Shown piece after piece: positions 1 through 10,630 of a stretch of 32,074 nucleotides of DNA (the stretch's first letter is position 1; the number at the start of each line of letters is the position of its first letter). A model generated the notes under the pieces. That model worked only from the letters and a program-made list of their open reading frames with translations, was not told the DNA's origin and searched no databases. The stretch spans positions 1 through 32,074 of the forward strand of contig RBNJ01000365.1 of the NCBI GenBank assembly GCA_003990765.1, read 5' to 3'. Source of the stretch: Jimgerdemannia flammicorona (lineage: Eukaryota). Made by a program: the position numbers and the translations under genes.

Positions 1-2
1 TC

Positions 3-297
3 CACCTTTTAAAGTCATTCCATCTCCCTCTTACGTTCTCCGCGTACCGTAACCTGAAAGAAGCGTTGAGGTGGGCCTGGAACATTAGAGTAAGTTTTTT
101 TAACCGGAATTTTACGACACAAGAAATCTTTTTGATTTGTTATTCTGTTCATGAAATTTCAGGGCATGATCAATGCGTTGATCCAGGAATTTGAGGCAAA
201 CTCGGACGACGACAAAGCAATATCTACAACATTAAATGATATGGAGACCCAGTTGACACCGAAGAAGACCTCGAAAAAAAAAGAGCCAAAAAAATGA
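3..297 (+). CDS. 3' end of a spliced host protein-coding gene (partial exon 3-89, intron 90-162, last exon 163-297); product unknown
   Basis: Open frame HLLKSFHLPLTFSAYRNLKEALRWAWNIR, then a GTAAGT donor at 90 and a TTTCAG acceptor ending at 162 (73-nt AT-rich intron). It resumes in frame as GMINALIQEFEANSDDDKAISTTLNDMETQLTPKKTSKKKEPKK, with TGA at 295-297. CpGs are intact here, unlike the rest of the window. Confidence 0.75.
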
Positions 298-453
298 CGA
301 GAAAAATTTTGGGAGCTATGCTTTTTTTATCAACGGCAAACATACGCAAAGTAACTTTCGTAAGAAGTGTTGCCATTCAATGTCGCGGTAGTCAATGCCA
401 GCCGGGTGGAGATTCGAATCAGATATTCGATTAAAACCACACATAGCTAAAAG

Positions 454-473
454 ATATAGGACCATTCCTATAT
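454..473. repeat. Palindrome ATATAGGA-N4-TCCTATAT, copy 1
   Basis: atatagga-ccat-tcctatat, just upstream of ATG 486; a near-identical copy lies at 773-794. Confidence 0.75.
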
Positions 474-485
474 ATAAATATCAAT

Positions 486-760
486 ATGAAATTAATTTAC
501 ATAAAGTCCACGATGGAACAGTATAATCAGAAGCATTTTGAAACAAGAGTAAGGAGAGAAAATTGCCCCATATGTTTTCAAAGTATCTGACACCAAAGCT
601 ATTCAGGAATATCTGAATAAAGAGAGAATTACTTATGAAATTTACCAACTATATGTCAATTCTAATAATTCTAATAAAAGCTCATCAAGAGTAGAAATTA
701 AATTCTAAGAAGTGAGAATTACCGGAATCTTCCAAAGAATCAAGGAAAAAACAAAAATAT
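486..760 (+). pseudogene. Small degenerate ORF upstream of the transposase (unknown function; 3' end approximate)
   Basis: ATG 486 MKLIYIKSTME, then after a frameshift SIIRSILKQE*GEKIAPYVFKVSDTKAIQEYLNKERITYEIYQ. A homologous start recurs at 4501 (ataaatctaatttacatcaaatcaactatagaa...atcagaagtattttaaaa). Confidence 0.5.
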
Positions 761-772
761 AAAGACTAGTGG

Positions 773-794
773 TATATAGGAGTATTCCTATATA
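773..794. repeat. Palindrome TATATAGGA-N4-TCCTATATA, copy 2
   Basis: tatatagga-gtat-tcctatata, about 90 bp upstream of the transposase ATG at 884. Confidence 0.75.
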
Positions 795-883
795 TTCTTT
801 AATATACTGTGTAGAAGAAATTTTACAAAATCAGACAAACTATAATATATATATAAAATATATATATGGTAAACAACATAATT

Positions 884-2605
884 ATGAATGAATACAAAAA
901 AGCCGAAAGCAGGATGTGGTTGCAATTGCTCTACTAAAATGCCCAAAGAAGAATTTGCTGAATTGTGAGAAGACTTTCAAGTGCTAACAAAACCCAAACA
1001 AGATATTTTCTTAATGGCCTAACTCAGATCCATGAATAGTGGATCTATAAGTACTAGTCATTTTCTTAAGAAGAAAGCTCATACTAATAAAAGAACTTTA
1101 TATTACCGAAATTACAATATATCTTTTTGCCAGAAAACCTATTTAAATATATTAGGAATTGGTTGTACCTATTTTGAAAATATACAAGATCTGCTTAAAA
1201 ATGGCTTTTATCATAGCTCCATAGCAATATCAAAAGAATACCTCAGTGAAAAACTAAAATAGTGATCAATCAGAATATCACTACTACTGTTAAGAATTTT
1301 CTTCTAAATTATACTGAAGTTTATAGCTTACCTAGTTCAGTCAGAAATGTTAATTGAGTCACCCAATCAATTATCTTTTTACCTGCAGAAATGAGTTACA
1401 AGCCCATTTACTGGAACTTTTTAGCTGGCTTGGAAGAAGATAATACTTTGCATATACTCAAATATGATATGTTCCACAAATTGTGGTATCAGCTAACTCC
1501 ACATATCCAAATCATGAGCCCCCAAATAGATTTATATGATACTTGTCAACATTTACAGAATGAATTGCAATTCAAAGCCTGTAAAGAGAAAGAAGTCCAG
1601 GATCTATTAAAGAAATATAAAGAACATCTGGCCAAAGCCAAGCTAGAGAGAAATTATTATAATAAAAATACTAAATTGGCAGAGGAACAAAGAAAACTCA
1701 TTGATCAGAATTATTCTATCAATATAATGAAAGACAAGATACTATATTGCAGCATTGATGCTACTGCTCATTATAGCTATGATTGAGTGCAAAATGTTTA
1801 TATGCCTCACTCAGATCAACAGATCAGCAAAGTATATTATCTTAGTACTCACAAGGTACATTTGTTTGGTATCCAAGATGAAGCAGTCTGTAAGCAAATC
1901 AATTATGTTCTTAATGAGAATGAACTTCTTGGAAAGGGTCCGAATGGTATGCTTAGTCTGGTCTTCGATGGAATTAAACAATTGAATAAAGATGAAAAGC
2001 ACTTAAAAATCACTTGTGATAATGCAGGCAGACAAAACAAAAACAATACTACTCTTAGATTTTATCTGTACCTGGTAATCTGTGGTTACTATAAAAGCAT
2101 TAAATTAAACTTCATGGTTCCTGGCCATATCAAATTCAAATGTGATGGTAGCTTCAGACTGATCAAAAGGCTTTATTGCAAGACAATGGTAGACTGTATA
2201 GATTATATTGCAGATATGGTAAAAAGATCTAGCATTGCCAGACTAAATAAAGCTCAATATTATAATAGTGATGAAGGTTTTCAATATTACAACATTATAA
2301 GTGGTCTAGAAACCTATTTTAAAAAATTACCTGGTCTGCAAAAGTTTCAACATTTTCATTTTACTAGTACTAATCTCAGGGTGATCAAAACCCAAGAAGT
2401 CACTGATGGTCCTTTCCAGGAATTCAAATTACTGAAAGCTAGTAAATCAGAACCCTTAAACACTATTGAAAAAATCAAAGCTTTGTCATTTCCAGTACTT
2501 AAACCTCTTCCTATGGAATTGAAATGTCAGGAGTACCTCTATTACAATATTCATCCCTTTGTCCAAGATGAGTTCAAAGATATTACTTGTCCTAAGTCAG
2601 TATAA
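884..2605 (+). pseudogene. Degenerate Sola-like (DUF7869-type) DNA transposase, copy 1
   Basis: Stitched frames give GCGCNCS..EFAEL*EDFQ, FCQKTYLNILGIG, DLYDTCQ, HYSYD*VQNVYMPHSDQQ, VHLFGI, GKGPNGMLS, ITCDNAGRQNKNN, FMVPGHIKFKCDGSF and an ITCP C-terminus. These match the DNCxGQNKN / GHTKFxxD motifs of this transposase group. It has nonsense codons and frameshifts and no introns. TIRs were not found. Confidence 0.8.
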
Positions 2606-2735
2606 AAGGTAATTAATTGATTAATAATTAACTTTTATTTTTCTTCTTTATTTTCTCCTTAACTAATAAGTAAATAGATATTTCAGCAATAATAGTGAAA
2701 GTTATTCCTAATCAAATTCAAGGAGTTTAATTAAA

Positions 2736-4304
2736 TTATTTTTCACTAGCTATTTGGGCTTCTAATCTCAATAATTCTGCTCTTTTGTTTGCTAATTCTT
2801 GATTTTCAGTTTTAGTTCAATTCATAATTTTTTCTAATTGTTAGATTTCTTTTTTTAGTACTATTTTTACTGCTTTTTTTTCAGTCTCTTTTATTTTCTC
2901 AGGATGGTTTCTTCTTTATTCTTTCCAGACTTCTTCTTTATGTTCTAAATAATTTGGATCATTTTTTCATTCTGCATAATATGTTTCTGGATCTCTGATT
3001 TTTTCAGCTATTCATTCATTTTCTATGATACCAGTAAATCAATTGCTTTTTTTATTGATCAGTCTGTAATGTCTTCATCATTTATATTGTGTGAATCTAG
3101 GAAACAGATTTACTACAAATTCAGAGTCTGGGTAACTTTTAGCATAATCAGGAATTACATTTAGTTCTTTTTTTCATATCCTATAAGCTGATTCCCCAAT
3201 TTGAGCTTTGATAGTAAAGTCATGACAATTTAAGATATTTTCACATTTTTCCATTAATTCTTGTAAGATATTATAAAGTTGAGATCAAGTTTTTAAGTTG
3301 ATAGTGCTGATATTATTGGGCAATTTCTCTTTTCTAGAGATAGCTATTGTTCCAATTTCTTTATATAATCTAGCAACCAATTTGTCAGTTTGAGTAATAA
3401 TTTTATCTTGATTAGGTGGAAAAGCTTTTTGAATTTTCTCAGTTATTTCAGAGAAAGCTGGACTCTCCATAATTCCACCTATTTCTCCTCAATCTTCTTG
3501 GTATTTAGAAATTACTCATATGTAGAAGTGGGGTGAGTTTTGGTTCCCAAGTCAGCCAACAGAGATATTAATAAGAAAACTGATTGTTTTGTTAACTCAT
3601 TCTATTTTGCTAATTGTGTCCTTAAGTATAGGCAAGATATTATCACATTCTTGCTGAGTTATTTCTCTGAGGTTTTTAGTATGTCTTTTGGTAGATATTG
3701 CTGCATGAGCTTTAGAGTTGGCCCTTAAAACTATACCAGAGTATACAGTACTCCCAAGATTACTAATTGATGACTTATCTAATTTTTTTTTGTTCGCTGC
3801 CATGTTATCACACATATGGCAAACTAATTCACTTCCTTCAGTACTTTTTAGACAAATATAACTGGGAGTGTTATCATCTTTTCAAGAAAAATATTTATTT
3901 TGTTTCCCACTTTTAATTTATTTGTGACAATTCCAGCATTGGGAGTATTTGTGACCTCGACTATCTTTATAAACAGTAATATCTCAGTCTAACATAATTT
4001 GACATTGATTACAGCAGATGGTTATTCTATCTCATCTACCACTTCCCTTTTAATTAATAGTTCTTATTCTAAAAGGCCAATCAAAATTTTCTTTGTTTTT
4101 ACATTTTACTAAGACTTGATTAAAGATCTTGATTTTGTTTCTTTCTCAATCTTTATTAGTGTTTTCATCTAATTCTTTTTGCAGGAGAATTTCAGTATAT
4201 TCTCAACAACAAAATTCAATTTTTTTTTCTTCTTCTTCATCTCATCAGTTAATAGTTAATCCTTCTTTATTGTTATTACAATTAAAACATTCTTTTTTAG
4301 TCAT
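2736..4304 (-). pseudogene. 523-codon frame: Cys-rich Zn-finger N-terminus + two HIT-like (histidine-triad fold) repeats + C-terminal coiled coil; reads best in genetic code 4
   Basis: ATG 4304 to TAA 2736-2738 in one frame with no frameshift; track ORFs 3597-3815 and 3285-3470 are pieces of it. Cys motifs: CFNC, CCNQC, CWNC, CHMC. HIT-like block: AHAAISTKRHTKNLREITQQE...INISVG*LGNQNSPHFYI*VISKY. Second degenerate repeat: IAISRKEKLPNNISTINLKT*SQL...DFTIKAQIG...EFVVNLFPRF. Ends ELANKRAELLRLEAQIASEK. Confidence 0.7.
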
Positions 4305-4500
4305 AATACTTATTGTTTATAAGTAGGATTTTAAGTAAAAAAAAAATAAAATAAAATAAAAATAACTCAATTCCAAAGAATTAAAATAGTAGAGTGTGTG
4401 AGATAAAATAAAAAATTATAGTTATATTTCTACTCAGTTGAATGAAGTCACAAGTTCACTTTGTCTGGTTTTGTTACAGTATACTCTATATAATAACTAT

Positions 4501-5415
4501 ATAAATCTAATTTACATCAAATCAACTATAGAACTGAAAAATTACAGCACCATCAGAAGTATTTTAAAATGCCAAAATTACTTATAAGATTTACCAGGAA
4601 GAACTAAAAAAAAACTTAAGTAAGAATTACCAGAAAAATCCCAAGAATCTAGGAAAAAAAGAAGAGTAAAAGACTGCACAGATGTATATAGAGGTAATCT
4701 TATGAAAAAATTTAACAAACTAGAAAAACTATATATGAAATATATTTTATAGTAAATGATATAATTATAACCAAATATGAGAAAGTACTCTAATTTTTAG
4801 AAGTGAGATATAATTGTAGTTACTCTATTAAGCTGTTTAAAGAAGAGTTTACTGAACTATAAGAAGCTTTTTAAATATTAACTATGACTGAATAAGATAT
4901 CTTTTTAATAGTATAGCTTAAATCTATAGACAGAAGAGTGGTCAATATTAGTCAATATCTTAAGAATTGGGTTTGAATCAATAAGAGAACTATCTATTAC
5001 TGAAATTACAACAAGTCTCTTTATCAAAAAAAATCTATCTTAATATACTTAATATTGATTATAATTATTTAAAAACATTAAAGAGTATTTGGCTAAAAAT
5101 AGTCTTCTTTCTCAAGTTTATACATAGTAATATAAAAAAAATATCTCAATAAAAAACCAAGATAATTATTGATAAAAATATAGCTATTAAAGTAAAATAT
5201 TTTCTCTTAAATTATACTGAAGTCTATGAGCCATCTAGTTTAGTAAAAATGTTAATTGAGTTAATAATTAATAATTTTTATATTAATAAAAATAAAATAT
5301 ATAAATTAGTTCACTATAATTTTTTAGCTAATCTAAAAGATATATTGTACTCTATATATACTAAAATATAATATATTATATAAATTATAATATATATTAG
5401 TTAACTTTATATATT
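4501..5415 (+). pseudogene. Second, heavily mutated and 3'-truncated copy of the small ORF + Sola-like transposase unit
   Basis: Colinear with 486-1505. For example aaagaagagtttactgaactataagaagctttt matches aaagaagaatttgctgaattgtgagaagacttt, and ttaaattatactgaagtctat matches ctaaattatactgaagtttat. Both start codons are ATG>ATA (4501, 4767). Similarity stops at about 5415. Confidence 0.85.
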
Positions 5416-6087
5416 ATAATAAGTAAATACTATAGTATAGTCTAATAATATATAAAAAATACTTAATATAGTTATCTTATAAAGTTACTCATATATACTA
5501 CAAATTATATATATAAATAATTAAATATACTAAATTAGAAATATTGATTTTATTTCAAGTAAAATATCTATTTTAACTGAAATACTCATTTTAAGTAAAA
5601 TACTTATTCTAATTAGAATACTCATCTCAAGCAGAATATCTGTTCTAACAAGAAGACTTATTCTAAGCAGAATATCATTTTTAATTAAAATATCTTTTTA
5701 AATTAGCCCTATAATATATTTTATAAATATTTAGATATATAGTAATCAGATAGCAATCACTTTTGTATAAAATACTCCAGTGATAAAAGTAAATAATCTT
5801 TAGTTTAAAAAGTTAAAAAAAAGTAAAAGCTAATTATTTAATATACTTAGAAGGAGAATACTTACTAATGAGATACTACTAGGAAGTTATGAGCTTCTTT
5901 TTCTACTCTAATATAAAGAAGTTTGCTATATTTTAATCTGCTTATCAGATTAAGTATAAAAGAGAAGTCTACTATATTTTGTTATAATTAAGTCAGTCAG
6001 TCAGATGCATCTTTATAGTAAACTCATTTGTATAAATAAAGCAGTAAACTAATATAACTTTATTTATTAAAAGAAGTTTAATTTTAG

Positions 6088-6118
<31 letters not shown>

Positions 6119-9100
6119 ACTTAGACTTAATTTATTAACTAGTCTATAACAAATATATAGTCTTTATATTACACCAATAATTCTACTCAACTTATTCTAC
6201 TCTACTTTACTCTAATATACTTTCTCTCTCTGACTCTCACTCTTTTAAATATAATTATACTATTAACTACTATAACCTACCTATGACTTTTCTTACAAAT
6301 CCTTTTTACTAGATACTGATAATAATCTTTCAGAGAGTTCTACTTTCTCTACTAATCAGAAGAATATCTATCATCAGCTCTTCTTATCTTATTACCTTCT
6401 CTTCCAAGACTATCTATCTTCTATCCTCAAATATATATAACTAATATCTATATAGTTAACTCTACTCTGATTTGGGTATACTTATCAGATTAAATCTAAA
6501 GATCTGATTTTAATATGTATACTTGTCAGACTATATCTGAAGAACTTGAGAAAACTACTATATATTTGATCTACTTATCAGATAAAGTCTAAAGATTATC
6601 AATATCTACCAATCTATATATTATATTATATAGAATCTATAATATTTAAGAATCTTACTAAATATATATCTAATTAAGAAACTGTCAAAATTTTCTATAT
6701 TATATAAATAGAAAAACTTATACTTATCTTAGAGAAACTATTGAACATTTTGTTACTTTTTGACAAAGTAACTAAGAGTTTAAGCCAATCTATATAGCTG
6801 CTCTAATCTTATAATTTATCTTTATTTATTTAGATATATATATTATATTTTGGAGCTCAACTGAAAATATTTTCAAAATCTATATGACTTTTTAGCTCAT
6901 AAGAATTTAATAGCCAAACTGAATATATTTGATCTTAGTTATTGTAGAAAAATAAATCATTAGTAATATTTGGATAAAAAGTAAAGTAGTCATCTTTAAG
7001 ACTTATTAACTATTCAGTATTAGAAAGATCTCAACTAGAGATCAATACCATACAAAACTCTTTATTATTACTAGTATATGTAATTACTAAAAGTATATAG
7101 CTTATAAATACACTAGAAGTACTAACAGACTTACTACTAAGAGATCTAACCCAGTTAGTCTAACTAAATAATATAGATAATCTCATTCAAAATTTTGATA
7201 AACTAATATAAGAACTTAAAGACTATATTTCCTAATTCTAATTTTCTATAGAAGTTTTACCTATTTTACTATTATTAGAACTAGCAGCTCTTTTAAGTCT
7301 AGTATTAGAAGTATCAGTATTTTAAAGACTAAGTGCTCTCTTCTTAACTTTTAGTAGCTTAATTAGACTTAGTATATATATCTATAGAAATTAACTAAAA
7401 CAAAGAAAATAGTGATGATAAAATGATAGTACTATTATCTATATTTACAGAAAACTTAGAAGAAGACTTAAGAGAATTTCTAGATATTTTTAAAGAAATT
7501 ACAGCTCTAAAGGACCTTGCTCCTAGAAGACAAATTATAATCTTAAAAGTACAACTAAGAGAACTAGTCAAAGGAATCTTTACTAAAATATCAAATGACC
7601 TAAACTCTGATCTAAGACAAGCTATAGCTGATATATACTATTATGTAGAATAGTATAAAACTATCTTCTACTGATTTATTAAAAAGTATATAAATAGAAA
7701 CTCACTATAAAGTTTAAGAATTTATTATAAGTATAAAGATAAATCTTAGATAATCTCTATAAGCATTCTTTATAAAAATTTAGAAGAAAATACATGCTAT
7801 CAGATTTAGTACTACTAACTAAGATATTATTAATCTAATAATCTTTAAGAATAGAATCTCTCTCAATATTGCTCAATATATCTATACTCTTAGTATTAAG
7901 AAATCTGATAAATAAGTAGATATAGCTCAATAATACTTTGATATCAAGTAAGAAACTACTTGGAATGATAATAAGAAAGAAGACACAAAAGACCTCTTTG
8001 TCAAGACTCTCTAAGAAATCCTTCAAGAAAATCCAAGAGAGAAGGAAATTATAAAAAATAAGAATAAAATCTAAAACCTCAGCTTTAAACTAAACCAATT
8101 GATTGGATAAATAAAAAAAAACTCACTACATATAAAAATTAGAGCTACCCATAAGATAGTTGAGGATATATAATATAAAGAAACTAAAACTACCTATCTA
8201 GAGAGAATAAGAGTTATATACTATAGGAAAAAAGAAGCTATCTACTCCAAAATAGAACTCAGATTCAATACTACTACTATAGATAGTTTGGATATAATAT
8301 TACAAAATATAATAATAGAAGGAGTGATTGAAGAGACCCAGAACTACTAAACTGAAAGAATATAACTCAATATAAGAAGACTGAAGCCTACTCTATAGAA
8401 GACTTTGAGAAAGGTAATAGTAAAGACTATAGTGATCTAAATCTATATCTGACTAAGGTCATCTAGAAGAATAGGTAGAAGAATTATTCAGAAGAAATAT
8501 AGAGAAGATAAGAAAGAGTAGATTGAAATATCTTCACAGTCTCTTTTATCTTTTATCTCTAAAACTACAACTTATAAAGAAAATCTTTTATCTGAAGATA
8601 AAGAAAAAAAACAAGAAGATTAAGAGCCAATAGTCTCAAAAACTAAGAAGAAAATACTCCAAAGATCATACTTTGAGATATCTATAATAAAGTCTAAAAA
8701 AAGATTCAAAAAGCTAAGATGAAATTTCTCTCTTATAATTCTTACAACTGATATCTACTGGAGTTTAAAATAAATTACTAAAAATCACTAGGTTTAGTAC
8801 TGGCTGAGTTCTAATTTTATAACAAGAATCTATACTAACTACTATCTAGACTGCTAAAAGATATATCAGCATATATCTATATAAAGATATTGAAGAACAG
8901 AAAGTAAAAATTTTTATTAATATAGAAGTAGCTATTTGTATTATTGCTAAAAGATTTCTAGATATTCTCTAGTAATCTATTAATAGACTATCTAGTCTCA
9001 GCATTATAGTAGTAGATAGAGTCTGAACTCAATCTATAAGAGAAGTATAAAATATCAATATTATTTTAAATATATCTAGTTCTTTATTTCAAGACTGTTA

Positions 9101-9717
9101 TTATAAAAGCTATTATCTATAATATAATTCTTAGTACCAACTGAATGAAAGAGATGAATATAGTTAGAGATATTGATCAATAGGTACTCAAATTTAACTA
9201 TAGAGAGAAGAAGTATAATTAGTTATAAGTAATCTAAAAAGAAGAAAAAGGATACTATTTAGGAAGAATATATCAGTAGTAAAGAATCTTAAGATAAAAA
9301 TAATTTCAGACTTTATCTATAAATTAACTTAATAGATAATAGGTCCAAAGATAATATATAGATATAAGATACCATTCTTATCATGATTAGTACTATTGCT
9401 GAATAAGCTAAAGGATACCCCACTTATCTCAAAAGATAAGATTATAGAGACAAGAAAATCTCCTAGAATAGTATATCTTAAATATATATAGATGAAGAAA
9501 AAAAAATTACAACTACTTACTAAAGATATCTATAACTAAAATAGCTGAAGTATAAGCAATCCAGAGATAAGAAATAACTAATGAAAAAGTCTCTAAGTCT
9601 GAAAAACTCTCTGAGCTAATTTTCTGAAATAACTCTTGCTGGATACTATTAGAGATGATGATCTCTAAAATACTAAGAAGGACTAAATATAGTTGCCATC
9701 ATCCTAAGATAAGAAAT
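5416..9717 (+). mobile_element. Ty3/Gypsy LTR retrotransposon copy A, very degenerate: presumed LTR/leader, gag, protease; truncated at about 9717 (5' boundary uncertain)
   Basis: Gag-like IFTENLEEDLREFLDIFKEI...RQIIILKVQLRELVKGIF at 7423-7653. 7960-9717 is colinear with copy B 15711-17600, including the zinc-knuckle remnant (~8265-8310) and protease remnant (~8880-9230). Assigning 5416-7400 to this element rests on position only. Confidence 0.7.
5562..5705. repeat. 18-bp tandem repeat, 8 degenerate units
   Basis: Units: aaatatctattttaactg / aaatactcattttaagta / aaatacttattctaatta / gaatactcatctcaagca / gaatatctgttctaacaa / gaagacttattctaagca / gaatatcatttttaatta / aaatatctttttaaatta. Confidence 0.8.
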
Positions 9718-10538
9718 GATATAGTGCAGAAGCTTTGAAATGAGCTATTGGTGAGCTTATTGGAGGTAGAGAAATATAAAATAGATGATAACAGAGAGGC
9801 AGTACTTCTGATAATTGTAAATGACTATATAGCTTATCTGTAGAAACCTAGAAAAGGGTTGGAGAAATAGTAGATAGTGTATAAGAAGTAGCAGTCTAAC
9901 ATAGAGGCTATAGATGGTGAGAACTATCAGAAGATCTTAGAAACACTAGATGTACAGCAGAGAGAGACAGATGAGCTTAAGATAGAGAGGAACCTAGATA
10001 TTACTGGTAATATAGTAAGTATGGAATTGTAGAGTAGGTGATTGGTCCTTAAAAATATTATTCAATATGAATAGTATAACTAGAATCTTCTCTTTAAATA
10101 TTAATAGATTATAGAGTGCAGTAAGGCATTAGAATATTTTCAACTAGTTGAAGGGACTGAATATAGATCTGTTCTTACTATATGTAGAATATAAGATGTG
10201 ATGAGAGCTTAGATATGCTAGACTAAATAAGAGAATGGAGGAGTGTGGTCATATGGTAGGATCAGATAGATATATTAGTTTTAAAGAGTAAGGGGGATAT
10301 TGAAGACATTAGACATTGGGGGGACAGAGATGGTATAGAAAGTATAGAGGAGGCTGGGCTAGATCTCTCTGATAGTTGGGTCTTATTATTATCTTGTAGA
10401 AAGAGGAGAGCATATGGTATGAATAAGAGGACTTTGAGAGGTCAGTGCTATAGTGGTAGAGGGGATTGATTGTCTGAAGGGAGACTTTAATATAGTATGA
10501 AATAGATAGTTATACAGGACTAATAGAGAGAGAGAGAT
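9718..10538 (+). mobile_element. LINE-0: old L1/Tx1-like fragment (ORF1 C-terminus + start of the ORF2 endonuclease)
   Basis: LLVSLLEVEKYKIDDNREAVLL resembles ILAILLKEEGYEVNEMRKAELV of LINE-A. ORF2 start MNSITRIFSLNIN is at ~10067, and a GDFN-like ggagactttaat motif is at ~10481-10492. Confidence 0.8.
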
Positions 10539-10630
10539 GTCGAAATATCATCTTTCTCTGGTAACATTCAGGTTACACAATCTTTTAGCAATACTTTCGA
10601 CACAGTTTCTAGAGACAAGCTACTAGTATC

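Noticed and set aside
400..2735. Terminal inverted repeats for the transposase
   Set aside because: No matching inverted ends were found by eye, so element boundaries are left undefined.
3540..4326. Plus-strand ORFs 3540-3728 and 4129-4326
   Set aside because: They are antisense shadows of the minus-strand ZnF-HIT frame.
5562..5705. Possible CRISPR array
   Set aside because: The units are contiguous 18-mers with no unique spacers, there are no cas genes, and the context is eukaryotic.
6093..6118. T26 tract as the polyA tail of a minus-strand retrocopy
   Set aside because: No TSD or minus-strand element was identifiable; it is more simply a homopolymer in the Gypsy leader.
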